A stretch of 29,239 bases of DNA from Octopus sinensis. Its lineage: Eukaryota. Below the pieces are notes generated by a model that saw only the letters and a program-made list of their open reading frames with translations, ran no database searches and had not been told where the DNA came from. Where the stretch lies: positions 1-29,239 of the forward strand of contig NW_021833139.1 of assembly GCF_006345805.1 (NCBI RefSeq). Direction: 5' to 3'. The translations under genes and the position numbers were made by a program. Shown one piece after another: positions 12,386 through 24,955 of this stretch; within the stretch, counting starts at the first letter, position 1; each line of letters opens with the position of its first letter.

Positions 12386-12712
12386 TATATGTTATACGTA
12401 TATAGATATAAGCATATATATTAATAAACAAATGTACATGCATATACACACTCATTGATATATATATATTATATATATACATATATTACTTTAGTGTATA
12501 TGCATATATATATTCACATCTTTATTTTTTCCTCTCTCCCTCTCCCTCTCCCTCTCCTCTCCCTTCCTCTCTTTCTCTTTCTCTCTCTCCCCCTCTCTCT
12601 GTTGGAATGCTCTTTCATTTCCTTCCTTCTGCCGTTTTTCACACTCGCTTGTTTTCTCTTTTATCATATTCTTTCATCATTTTCTGTTGCTGAACACTCA
12701 CACACACACACA

Positions 12713-12759
<47 letters not shown>

Positions 12760-13286
12760 ATACCACGCACACATACAGACCACGCAGACTCGTCTGGTTT
12801 TATGATGTATGATAAATGATGATATCCTCCATATGCAAAATAGATATCAATAACTCATGTATGTATTCCATCTGTAATATATCTTCTCCATCACGGTTGT
12901 CTTATCGGATAGAGTATTGGGCTTCTGACCAAAAACTAAATGATTCACATCACAACATCGTTGTACACTAAGCTAAATCAATTGCCAAAGCATTTAGTGC
13001 TTGCAACCACAGGTCAATGCTGGAAGTTCCATGTAATTGCTCGATCAGGTAGAAATAGCAGCTGGATATCCCTTACATCAGACTTATCTCAAAAGTAACA
13101 GAATAATACTTCGTTTTTGGATTTGGTTTGCAAGATTCTTTATGTGAGTTCGTTTGTTGAAGCATTTTCTGTTGTGTCTGGGGAGAGTCATTCTCTTTTG
13201 GTGACTTATAATTTAACACACTCACCGGTAAAATTTCCACTTATTTCTTTTTAAATTGTAAGCCCCCCCCCAAAAAAATGATATAC

Positions 13287-13453
13287 TTGGCACAGGAGTG
13301 GCTGTGTGGTAAGTAGCTTGTTTACCAACCACATGGTTCCGGGTTCAGTCCTACTGCGTGGCACCTTGGGCAAGTGTCTTCTACTATAGTCTCGGGCCGA
13401 CCAAAGCCTTGTGAGTGGATTTGGTAGACGGGAACTGAAAGAAGTCCTTCGTA

Positions 13454-13494
<41 letters not shown>

Positions 13495-13729
13495 CATATG
13501 CGTGTGTGTGTTTGTGTCTGTGTTTGTCTCCCTAGCTTTGCTTGACAACCGATGCTGGTGTGTTTATGTCCCCCGTTACTTAGCGGATCGGCAAAAGAGA
13601 CCGATGGAATAAGTACTGGGCTTACAAAAGTATAAGTCCCGGGGTCGAGTTGCTCGATTAAAAAGGCGGTGCTCCAGCATGGCCGCAATCAAATGGCCGA
13701 AACAAGTAAAAGATAAAAGAGTAAAAGAG
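13287..13729 (+). mobile_element. Full-length CORE-like tRNA SINE with internal microsatellite and TSD
   Basis: Same family as 11093. 12-bp TSD aaaatgata(t/c)ac at 13275-13286 and 13730-13741. Confidence 0.92.
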
Positions 13730-14303
13730 AAAATGATACACATGTGTACGTGTGTGTGTGTGCGTGAGTGTGCGTATATGTGTGTGCATTTGTATGCGTG
13801 TGTGTGTGTGTACGTTTGTACGTTTGGTCGCACCCTTCTATACATCTTATGGTTCTTGCGAAGAGAGGATAAATATGCTTCTCTCATGAGAGAAACATAT
13901 TTATCAGAATATGTCCATTATTTACACCTGTTGGCTTTAAACAGAACATACCTTCCCGTCTGCTTTGAAAAGCTGCAGACAGGTATGGACAAAAGCATGC
14001 TCCAACAGTTCGCCAATTGCAGGGATAATCTCAGATTAGCGGTGTTTTTCTATCATCTTATATCAAGCATGTAAAAACACATCACCTCAAGAGAGTAGCG
14101 GGGGTTGTTATCTGCCGCGATATTGTTGTTTATTTTATCTAAGATTTGAGATACAAGTGCTATTCATAAGATATCGCACAAAAATCATTTATTTAATACA
14201 GGAGTATCAGATAGGGGGTTAACGATAATAACAACAGCAGCAACAACACATCGTTTGGAACCTCAACGCAGCATTTAGTTGTCAGTTAATTATCATAGGT
14301 GCA

Positions 14304-14696
14304 CTAAGGCGGCGAGCTGGCAGAAACGTTAGCACGCCGGGCGAAAGGCGTAGCCGTATTTCGTCTGTCGGTACGTTCTGAGTTCAAATTCCGCCGAGGT
14401 CGACTTTGCCTTTCATCCTTTCGCGATCGATAAATTAAGTACCAATTACGCACTGGGGTCGATATGATCGACTTAATCCCTTTGTCAGTCCTTGTTTGTC
14501 CCTTCTGTGTTTAGCCCCTTGTGGTAGTAAAGAAATAGGTATTTTGTCTGTCTTTGTGTTCTCAGTTCAAATTTCCCCGAGTTCGACTTACCCTTTCAGG
14601 GTCGATAAATTAAGTACCCGTTGCATAGTGGGATCTATCTAATCGACTGGACACCTCCCCCCAAATTTCAGGCGTTGTGCCTAAAATAGAAAAGAC
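14304..14696 (+). mobile_element. tRNA-derived SINE with two body units and TSD
   Basis: Same family as 3131. 14-bp TSD ttatcata(g/a)gtgca at 14290-14303 and 14697-14710. Confidence 0.92.
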
Positions 14697-14793
14697 TTAT
14701 CATAAGTGCAGTTATTGTTGTAAATCAGGAGTGAGCTGTTAAATTGTACGTATATTTGCTTCTTTAGTTTACCATACTTCCCTCACCTCACAT

Positions 14794-14880
14794 CTTTTAT
14801 CCATTTCAATCATTAGACTGCGGCCAAGCTGGGGCACCGCGTTCAAGAGTTATTAGTCGTATGAGCCCCGTACTTAATTT
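14794..14880 (-). mobile_element. Diverged tail fragment of the CORE-like SINE
   Basis: gactgcggccaagctggggcaccgc is the reverse complement of the tail at ~11565-11600. Confidence 0.65.
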
Positions 14881-15264
14881 TTTGAAGTCGTTTGTTACTC
14901 CTTGACGAAAAAAAAGACATGACTTCCGTGACGTGAACACACATGCACACATACAGAATACACACACATATAATAAATATCATGATATGTAAATCAACAT
15001 AAACATACGTACACTATCTGTGACATACACACATAGTCTTCGCGCTCCTCTCTCTCTCTCTATCACTCTCTAAGAGAAAAAAAGTCGACTCTTTGACAGA
15101 CACACACAATGACATTGAGAAACATCTTTTTTGTGGAGATTACTTATCGTTTCATCATTTCGGATTTTATTTTATTTCATTCGTTTGACATTTATAATCT
15201 CTTTGCTGTTTTGATTTAATTTTCTGAATACAACATTGCATACAAAAGTATGCACTGATCAATT

Positions 15265-16282
15265 ATGCCACGTGGAAAGAGACGGGGATCATCGTGATGA
15301 AGAGATGATTCCAAAAGGCCTCGGGAAGCAGTACGGGCAAGGTAAAGACCCCCTTCGGTCATGAATGACCATGGGATTGCACCTAGAAAGTTACCCTCCC
15401 AGACACAAGTCCGGGCAAGGTTGTTTATGGAAGACCAGCAGTCGCCCATGCATACCAGCTCTCCCTCTCCACGCCACCAGTGTTATCCAAGGAAAGACAA
15501 AGGCCGATACAGCTTGCACCAGTGACGTCGCAACTCTTTTCTACAGCTGAGTGAACTGGAGCAACGTGAAATAAAATGCCTTGCTCAAGAACACAACACG
15601 CAGCCCGGTCGGGGATTCGAGCTCACAACCTCACGATCGTAAGCTCGACGCTCTAACCACTGAGCCATGCGCCTTCACATGCGCTTTCGCATGCGCAAGG
15701 AGGTAACAGGAAACATCTGAGATGACGGCAACACGACTGCAGGATAACAGAGTCACGCAACAGAGAAGGAGAAAAGGAGAGACGGAAGAAGATAGGAATG
15801 CATGTCTCCAGTCTAGGATGTGAGACAAAGAACAAATAGCAGACGACTTGCAGAAACGCCTGAAATGAGGGCTACAGGGCTCTTAAACAACAGAGTAAGG
15901 AAAGAATGAAGGACAGAGGGAGGAATGGAAGGAAATGGATATTCTCTTTCTGTTGACGTAGGTGGGATGAATATAATATGCTCTTGCGGTCGTGCATTCT
16001 TATTCCATGGCGAAACTACACATTTCTGCTGCATGAAGGGAAAAGTTTGTATAGGCAATTTACAACCTCTACCAAATGAACTTATCCATTTATACAACCG
16101 TGACAGCCATCGTGCAAGAGAATTCAGGAAGAACATCAGACAGTACAACTGCCTTTTTCGAATGACATCCTTCTGCGGGGAAAGAAGTTATGGTAAACTT
16201 GTCTCTATTCTTTATTACTGAAAGCATTATCAATATCCTTTCAGGGAATGCCTTCAAACTCACAATTTCCTCCAGAGATTAA
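15265..16282 (+). pseudogene. Helitron RepHel N-terminal remnant (basic N-terminus, 23-aa ETxE repeats, Cys-rich and NIRxYN motifs)
   Basis: MPRGKRRGSS**RDDSKRPREAVRAR, a SINE, then repeats starting 15710, 15779 and 15853, then in-frame ...GGMNIICSCGRAFLFHGETTHFCCMKGKV...FRKNIRQYNCLFRMTSF. Interrupted by stops, a SINE and a 5-nt insertion. Confidence 0.85.
15341..15678 (-). mobile_element. Full-length tRNA-derived SINE inserted in the Helitron ORF
   Basis: Minus strand: gtgaaggcgcatggctcagtggttagagcg (box A), gctcgaatccc (box-B-like), a CORE-like gttcttgagcaaggcattttatttcacgttgctccagttcactcagctgtag segment, and a tail. No TSD found. Confidence 0.88.
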
Positions 16283-16501
16283 ATTGATTATTTTTGTTTG
16301 GATAGTTCAAATTAAATAAGTCCAGAAGTTATGTTAAATATTCATACATGCATAAGTACCATGAATTCCCATTTTACAAACTGGAAAACAATTTCGTGAA
16401 TATTTCGGCAATCTCGTGCAACGCTGGGTACTTTTCTAGTGTAGTATTATACATATATATTATATATATATAGATATATATATATATATATATATAATAT
16501 A

Positions 16502-16556
<55 letters not shown>

Positions 16557-16565
16557 TATAGCATT

Positions 16566-16657
16566 AAAGACTTTTTCACTTCCCGAGCGTTATACTAATA
16601 CATCTGTTTGTTGTCTACACTACCGATCGTCGTGTTTTATTTTGTATTTGTGAACTC

Positions 16658-16661
<4 letters not shown>
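16566..16661 (+). mobile_element. Fragment of HHR-bearing family A (portion 3' of the predicted cleavage site)
   Basis: aaagactttttcacttcccgagcgttatactaatacatctgtttg aligns with 29009-29102; flanked by (TA)n. Confidence 0.75.
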
Positions 16662-16697
<36 letters not shown>

Positions 16698-17277
16698 TAT
16701 TTGTCGATGTACAGGCATTATGTGCCTCATATATCAATACTCGCTGTTGAAACACAAGAAACATAGAGAGTCCGACAATTTATTCATATGATTTTTATTA
16801 TCTATTTAGACATGTGTGTATATGTATGTTGATACACTGTCATTATATTACATTCACATTAACGTTATTCCTGGGATAAATACCTAGATACATACATACA
16901 TAATACATACATACATACATACATACATACATACATAACACTTTCAACAATCCCCCATACGCACTTACTCAATCACACACGTTTACGCACACAAACAGCG
17001 GGAGAATCAAGCTAATACAAAATTGTTAAAAATTAATAAAATCAAAAAACATTAGTGAACTGGGAGAAAATGTCTGCATTTCATTTCAAAATGTCAGCTA
17101 GCATGCAGGAATATGTATTAATATATATATTATATTTGTATTACATATGTGTGTATATATTCATATATACGCATATATAAATACATACACACATACTTAT
17201 GCATACATATATATGTGTGTGTGTGTGTATGTTTGTATATATATAAATATATGCATGTACGCATTTATATTATATAC

Positions 17278-17322
<45 letters not shown>

Positions 17323-17704
17323 ATATATATTATATATATATATGTATGTATGTAAATTATTTTTGATAACTCTAAATTTATAATATTCTTCGACATAATC
17401 GAAGAAAAACAAATTCATATTATGATAAGTCTCTAGATTTATAAATATTTCTTCCAGATACCGCAGGAAAAACTACATTTCAAATCGCGAATCATTCACT
17501 TTGATATAAAAATTCCAAGAAGTAATTAATATATATTTCTGTTGAAGACATTTTTTATGTCGTATCACACATATCATTCACAATATTGCAGTCTCTACAA
17601 TTTTTGTTTTTCTGAACATTTCTTTTGAATATATTTGCTATATATTGCTGTGTTCTGCACTGCAGTTCTCTGCTCTATCAACGAAGCTATCACTGTAAAC
17701 ATTT

Positions 17705-17840
17705 GGCGCGTGTCCTAGTGCTCTCAGTGTTGGACTGACGATGATGTGGTGAGTTCGATTCTTGTGCCTCGTGGCCAGTTGTGTTCTTGGGTCAAGAAAA
17801 TTTTTACACTTGTATCCTGCCTGTTCAGGTGAAGAGGAGT
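17705..17840 (+). mobile_element. Old, diverged tRNA SINE head (family of 15341-15678)
   Basis: ggcgcgtgtcctagtg...gtgagttcgattc...gttgtgttcttgggtcaaga. Confidence 0.55.
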
Positions 17841-19053
17841 ACAATCCAATGTGAGATCAGTCTTTTTGTTTTCTATCTCCTGTTCTAGATGTGACATTCC
17901 GGATATTCACTACGTTAAGAGTACCAGGGCCAAGAGCATGCATATAGCTTCTCAAAGCTAGACAAACTCTTGAAACAATTAGCGAAAGCATTGCACATAT
18001 TACGAAGTTCTACTTATATTTCGACTGGCGGCTCTGCATATTAACTTTTGCAGATCTTTTGATGGAAGCCTATATGTCAATACGCACTGATCGAGAAGAT
18101 CAATCGTAAAAGACGTGCCAGGCCCAGCCAGGCCCAGCCAGGCCCATATTCTATGGTGTCCAGAATGCCCACGAAATTTGTACCACGTTATAGTTTAATC
18201 CGAGAGAAACCTAGCTGTAAATTCTCATAGAGTAACTGCTTCGGGGCCATTTGCTCCAGATGGCGTTAATCTTTGTTCATTGATAATATTCGTGACCCTA
18301 AAATTGGGATTATCTGTGATCCTCTAATGGATTACGACGCTTTACATTCTGCCGAATTAAATGCACTGTGGTATTTGTTCCGGAATTTTACTTTCTGAGC
18401 TAAAATCCCAGCGATATCAAATATACTCATCCTGTCTTGTTCGATGAAGTGTCAATAAAATACTAAGGCCTCTGGTATCGACTCTAAGCATCTGAATCAA
18501 GTTTGTTGACCTTCAGACCAAATCAGATAACATTATTATAGTAGTGGACTGTTAGAATCGTTGTAGCAACAGAAAAAGGAAAGAAAACAGGCTTTGTGTT
18601 ACTTCCTCCGCCTCATTTCCATTTTCATTTCAAATACACAAGGATCAGCTTTGCATTTCATCGTTTCACGGTCGGTTAACTAAAGTAGAAATCGAGTCCA
18701 AAGAACCAGTGTATGGACGACGCCTGTTCTCAAATTTGCTGATGTTGGTTCTTAATCAGCAACGATTACCAATAAATGAGTGACCGACGAGAACATAATC
18801 TTCATTCTTGTGACGAATAAACTCATAAAGTTCAAAGTAGATTATATGTAGATTATATGTATTCTACAGTGTAATGGAGATTAAGTATTAAATCCATTTT
18901 TGAATATTTATTTTACACATTTTAATATACAATACTTAACATTATATTAATAAACATTCTCAATGACATTACCATTTGCATAGACCAATGATACAAATTG
19001 AAACTGTTGCTAGGTTCAAAGTGTTCTTTTACGTAGGAACATAAATTGATTGC

Positions 19054-19334
<281 letters not shown>

Positions 19335-19548
19335 TCGTCTATTCATATGTATATCTATAATACGAAATACAAACATATCCACAAATGCGTTTTAACGTAT
19401 ACGTTGTAAGTACAATCGATTCCGTTCTGTAATGTTTTGAGCCTATTTAGCAATTGCATTATCTATATTAACTAGGATTCCCAAGAGAGACATACAAAAG
19501 TATAAGTAGGTATACATACACACACACACACATGTTGTATAATATATC

Positions 19549-19609
<61 letters not shown>

Positions 19610-20739
19610 ATATATATATATATCTACATAGATATATATTCAAGTAATATATGTATACTCATATACATATTATAGAATCTATATAGTTATGTATATATAT
19701 ATATATTCATATAAATATATATGTAATTTATGTATATATGTGTGTGTATGCATATATAACTATTAATATATATGTGTGTGGGGGAGTGTATCCATTCACG
19801 TATGCTTGTATATAAATGTATATATATATAAATATATATACATGTATATATATATATATATGCATATATGTATGTATATATATATACATATATATATACA
19901 CGTATATATATATACATATATATATGTATATATATACATATATATAAGTGTATACTGTGTGTGTGTATAGTTATGTAGGTATGCATGCAAGAATACATAC
20001 ATACTCACATAACTGTTTATATATACATATATACGCATACATATACATATATTTTTGCATGCCTGTGCATATGCATGTATGTGAATCCACACAAAATAAA
20101 CATGGATACATATATATACATATGTAGATATATATTCACACACACACACATATAAACACACATTGCTCCGTACGTATATAAACATGCAAACCTTGTATGT
20201 GTGGTGGTGGTGTGACGCTGTATTTTCTGTTGCTAGAACCCTTTCACTGGATATTGCCTCAGATAATAATCCTTACAGGAACTATAAATCAATTTATGAT
20301 CAGCAATTTCCAGAAAAAAGAACATTAGCCACAATCAAAACCACAACCGAAATAATTCAGAAATATTCAAACGATTACCCGAATCAGAAACCACTAATAA
20401 TACTACTAATATAGATCACTATTATTTCTATGTATTCATTGAAACTATAACATCAATGGAATTATGACAAGATACACTTATCCTATTCCCGACCGGCTTT
20501 AAAGTTCTCGCTGTACACCCATCGATTTTTGGAAATTTCCTATAAAGTTTTAAAAATAGCTAAATCTCAATATTGGAGTCGTATGAAATTACATGCTTAT
20601 TGAATTGAACTTAGTCTGGTATAATCTCCGACATTCCAAATTATAAACCGAAGTGGGGATAGTCACGCTTGCTTACACAATACAGAGAATAAATTTAATA
20701 AATCTATCGTTCCTTTTGCATTTATTGATAGATTTATAA

Positions 20740-21186
20740 GCATATATGCATGTATGTATCAATGTATGTATGGATATATGTATGTATGCATATATGTATG
20801 TATGTATTTATGTAAGCATATGTGTATGTATGTATGCATATATGCATATATGTATGTATGCATATATGCATATATGTATGTATGTATGTATGGATATATA
20901 TATATGTATGTATGCATATATGCTTGTATATATGAATGTATGCATGGATGGATATATGTATGCATGCATATATGCATGTATGTATGTTTGGATGGATATA
21001 TGCATGTATGTATGTATTCATATATGCATGTATGTATGAATGGATATATGTATGGATATATGTATGCATGTATGTATGCATATATGTATGTATGTATGGA
21101 TATATGTATGTATGCATACATGTATGTATGTATGCATATACGTACATATATATGTATGGATGTATGGATGTATGGATGTATGGATG
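20740..21186. repeat. Cryptic (TATG/TGCA/TGGA) compound minisatellite
   Basis: Directly visible; it produces the MYVC-type ORFs. Confidence 0.9.
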
Positions 21187-21600
21187 ATGTGTGTGTGTGT
21201 GTGTGCGTGTGTATATATTATATATTTTCGAGAAACCGTGGATACGATTCCACCGTCAATCCAAGACTTAAATATCCAAGACGACCATATTAATTCTTGA
21301 GCTTTTTCGATAATTATGTGGGGAAAAAGAGCTTTATTGTTGTTGTTATATTTCGCAGATGTACTAAGGAAACAAGTCAGCAGAATTGGTTGAGCGTAGG
21401 ACAAAACGCTGAGCGGCAATCCGTTTAAATCTTTACGTTCTAAGTTCAAATCCCATCGAGATCATTTTCCACATATATTCTTCGATTTTCTATTATCTGA
21501 CTTTAAAGCACTGGGTTTGAGGTACCGACCATTCCTTTGACTCCTAATAGGACAAATTTGGCTCCTAATAGGACAAATTTTTATTATTCATAATAGAGTA

Positions 21601-21760
21601 GCTAGTTGGCAGAATCGTTAGCACACTACACGAAACGGTTAGCAGCATTTCTTCGGCTTTACTTAATCGAATTCCCATCGATGTCGACATTGCTTTCTGC
21701 TCTGTAGGGATCGATGAAATAAGTACCAGTTACCGATGAACTGGACCCGTCCCTGAAAAG
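21601..21760 (+). mobile_element. Old diverged copy of the 3131/14304 SINE family
   Basis: ttggcagaatcgttagcac...gtcgacattgctttc...gatcgatgaaataagtaccagtt. A still more decayed head lies at ~21376-21470. Confidence 0.65.
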
Positions 21761-21768
21761 TATCGGTT

Positions 21769-21849
21769 CTTGTGCCCGTCCCAACAAAGTAATTTTCTGC
21801 ACATGTTCTACCCTCATTCCAACCTCAAATTCACCAACAGATTTCTCTA
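21769..21849 (-). pseudogene. R4/Dong-like C-terminal fragment (third, divergent)
   Basis: IEKSVGEFEVGMRVEHVQKITLLGRAQ resembles QKxxLLGTA; its 5' end abuts the (TAA)n array. Confidence 0.55.
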
Positions 21850-21859
21850 TTATTTTATA

Positions 21860-21916
<57 letters not shown>

Positions 21917-21923
21917 CATGATT

Positions 21924-22013
<90 letters not shown>
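21848..22013. repeat. (TTA)n-(TCA)n-(TTA)n array
   Basis: Directly visible. Confidence 0.96.
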
Positions 22014-22017
22014 GAAA

Positions 22018-22184
22018 AGGCAAAATGCTTAGCGGCATTTCGTCTCTCTGCACATTCTGCCGAGATCAACATTGCCTTTCATCATTTCGGGGTCGATAAA
22101 TGAAGTACCAAAGAAACACCGAGGTCGATGTAATTGACTTACCCACCAAGCCAAATTCCTGGCGTTGTGCCAAAATTTGAACTC
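22018..22184 (+). mobile_element. 5'-truncated SINE of the 3131/14304 family, single unit
   Basis: aaatgcttagcggcatttcgtc...gcctttcatcatttcggggtcgataaatgaagtacc...gttgtgccaaaatttgaa. Confidence 0.8.
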
Positions 22185-22266
22185 ATTATTATTATTATTA
22201 TTATATTATTATTATTATTATTATATTATCATTATTACTATTATTATTATTATTATCATTATTATT

Positions 22267-22700
22267 CAGTAGTTTTATTTTTATAGCATGCTTTCACTTC
22301 ACTACCGAGCGCAGCTCTGTGTGCCTTGGGTATGTGCTGTGATTTGTTGTGATGCTCTGATGGTTATTGTATGGAAAGTTGTTCTGCGTAGGATGTGTGC
22401 AGTGCCTAGTAGTGCAATTTTCTGTATGTTATATGTGTTGTAAGTCCTGGTGTTTTTGTTATGTATTTGTCTGATTATTTTTTTTATCATGCCTAATGCA
22501 CCTACTATGATAGGAATTGTTTCTGTTTTAGATTCCACATTCTGGTTACCTTCTATTCCAGGTCTTTGTATTTTGAAAGTTTTTCTCCATTCTTTTAGAG
22601 ACCACGTTGTCATCTGCCGGTATTGATACATCAATTAGAAAGCATTTTTTTCTTCATGATATCTGACAACTATATTTGGTCTGTTGGCCTTAATTTCTAT
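22267..22700 (-). mobile_element. 5'-truncated R4/Dong-like element: REL endonuclease domain plus 3' UTR
   Basis: Frameshift-corrected translation IKANRPNIVVRYHEEK-CFLIDVSIPADDNV...KYKDLE...TRMWNLKTETIPIIVGALGMIKK...IQKIALLGTAHILRR, stop at 22364-22366. (TTA)n lies on both flanks. Confidence 0.88.
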
Positions 22701-22707
22701 TATTATA

Positions 22708-22773
<66 letters not shown>

Positions 22774-22860
22774 GTTGTTGTTGTTGTTGTTATTATTATA
22801 GTTATTATTATTATTATTGTTGTTGTTGTCGTTGTTATTATTATTATTATTGTTATTCTT

Positions 22861-22891
<31 letters not shown>

Positions 22892-22924
22892 TTATTATTA
22901 TTATCATTATTATTATTATTATTA
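22700..22924. repeat. (TTA)/(TTG)/(TTC) compound trinucleotide array
   Basis: Directly visible. Confidence 0.96.
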
Positions 22925-23611
22925 GAGACAGCGATCAGAGAGAGTGTCTGCCACGCGTATTAAGTGTGGTTCTCTTTGTCTCACTGACTACTTTTTCGTT
23001 TTACTCCCTCTCTCTCACTTTGTCTCTCTCTCTCTCCTCTTTTTCCATTTATTTTTCTTTTTTTGCCTACTCCTGCGTATTACGCTGCTTTATGAGGCGT
23101 TGTGCAATAATGACTTACTATGACTTATTTCATGCATGAATCCGTGGCCAATTCAGCCGTCGTATTATTCGGATGATGTTATATATCGCAATACACGCAT
23201 CAATCAAATGTTAAGATAAGATAAACCAATTGAAAAGGGGGGAGCCGTTTCCAGAAGGAAGAAAGGAAGGAAGAAAAGAGAATACAGAAAACTGTTTCGC
23301 AATTCTGTCCGAACTGAGACGATAACTATAAACATAATAGATTTGTAATAACGACGACTGTCGCAACAGGAAGTCCATATTTTTCAAAAGGGTATATATA
23401 TATATATTAATATATATATATATATATATATAATATTATATATAGCCGTGTGTGTTATGTTTGTGTGTTTGTGTGTGTGTGTGTTTTGTGCGTGTGTGTA
23501 TAATTTATATTTGTATGCATATATATATATATTTATATGTATATCCACACACGCACACACACTCACACGCACATATAAAGATATATATATATTTACACAC
23601 ATATACAGAAG

Positions 23612-23642
<31 letters not shown>

Positions 23643-24243
23643 CCAGAGTAAACACAGAAATGTGTAGCAAGGTGGAAGAAGTAGTACTCGAACACCGGAG
23701 GCAGAGTAATATGTTTTCTGAATAAAGCTGCAAATATATTGAAGTATATATATATATATATATATTAGTGTCTGCTAATATTTGCATGTTCCACGCACTT
23801 GCATTGTTACTATTTTTCTTGTGTATGTTCTTCGTCTTTTTTTTTTTACTATAATATATATATATATATATATATAATAGAATATAATATATAGGTATAA
23901 ATATATATACCATAGGCACACACACACACTCACAAATACACACACATATATATACTTAATATTGTCAGCACAAATGCTGCACTCATTCTCTCTGGTTTTC
24001 TGGAAGGGTCCAATAACCAAGATATGTATGCATTTAAAGATGATTACTTATGGTCTATTAAACTCCAAGAATTAAATCCCATGCAAAAAGACCTTGCCAG
24101 TCGTACATGTAATCGAATGACCTAGGTGCATTGATTGCATTATCCACTGAGTACACTTATAGACTATGTAAGAGGACGACCCTCTATCTACTCAAAACTT
24201 TGTGTGTTTACACTTTTACTGTAGCAAAAGTATTACTCTGACA

Positions 24244-24660
24244 AAGGCAGCGAGCTGGAAACGTTAGCACGCCGGGCGAAATGCTTAGCGGTATTTCGTC
24301 TGCGTTACGTTGTGAGTTCAAATTTCGCCGAGGTCGACTTTGCCTTTCATCCTTTCGGGGTCGATAATTAAGTACCAGTTACGCAACTGGGGTCGATGTA
24401 ATCGACTTAATACTATGTCTGTCCTTGTTTGTCCCCTCTGTGTTTAGCCCCTTGTTGGTAGTAAAGAAATAGGTATTTCGTCTGCGTTACGTTGTGAGTT
24501 CAAATTTCGCCGAGGTCGACTTTGCCTTTCATCCTTTCGGGGTCGATAAATTAAGTACCAGTTACGCACTGGGGTCGATGTAATCGACTTAATACCTATG
24601 TCTGTCCTTGTTTGTCCCCTCTGTGTTTAGCCCCTTGTGGGTAATAAAGAAATAGGTATT
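24244..24660 (+). mobile_element. Young tRNA SINE with two near-identical body units and a perfect TSD
   Basis: Units 24290-24471 and 24472-24654. 14-bp TSD gtattactctgaca at 24230-24243 and 24656-24669. Confidence 0.93.
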
Positions 24661-24802
24661 ACTCTGACAGGAGACTAAAACTTCAAAATGGATATCAGTG
24701 AAAGAGTGCCTGAAAGATATTTTGAAAATGACAGTGGCGAAAGGAAATAATACGCAATAGAAATATAAAGACACACACACTCACATATATACATACGTAT
24801 AT

Positions 24803-24955
24803 GACGGGCTACTTTCAGTTTCCGTCTACCAAATACACAGATAAAAATTCGTATGGCCCGAGGCTATAGTAGAAGATGCTTGTCAAAGGTGCCACACAGT
24901 ATGGCTGAACCCGGAACCATGTGGTTCAGAAACAAACTTCTTACCATACAGCCAC
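24803..24955 (-). mobile_element. CORE-like SINE head, diverged
   Basis: Reverse complement of the 11093-11245 head. Confidence 0.8.

Larger units (their letters stand above)
15265..16439 (+). mobile_element. Internally deleted, decayed Helitron (5' end not located)
   Basis: RepHel N-terminal coding remnant, then a 3' subterminal imperfect hairpin ctcgtgc-aac-gctggg (16413-16428) and CTAG (16436-16439) followed by T. Confidence 0.8.

Noticed and set aside
18000-18112. Minus-strand TIDLLDQCVLTYR resembling the piggyBac GVDxxDQ motif
   Set aside because: The flanking YN..MGG and RRW motifs are absent; likely chance.
20163-20414. 83-aa non-repetitive ORF
   Set aside because: No recognisable domain and no convincing donor site.
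21541-21580. 21-bp tandem duplication; also a 36-bp duplication near 28000-28080
   Set aside because: Ordinary local slippage duplications.
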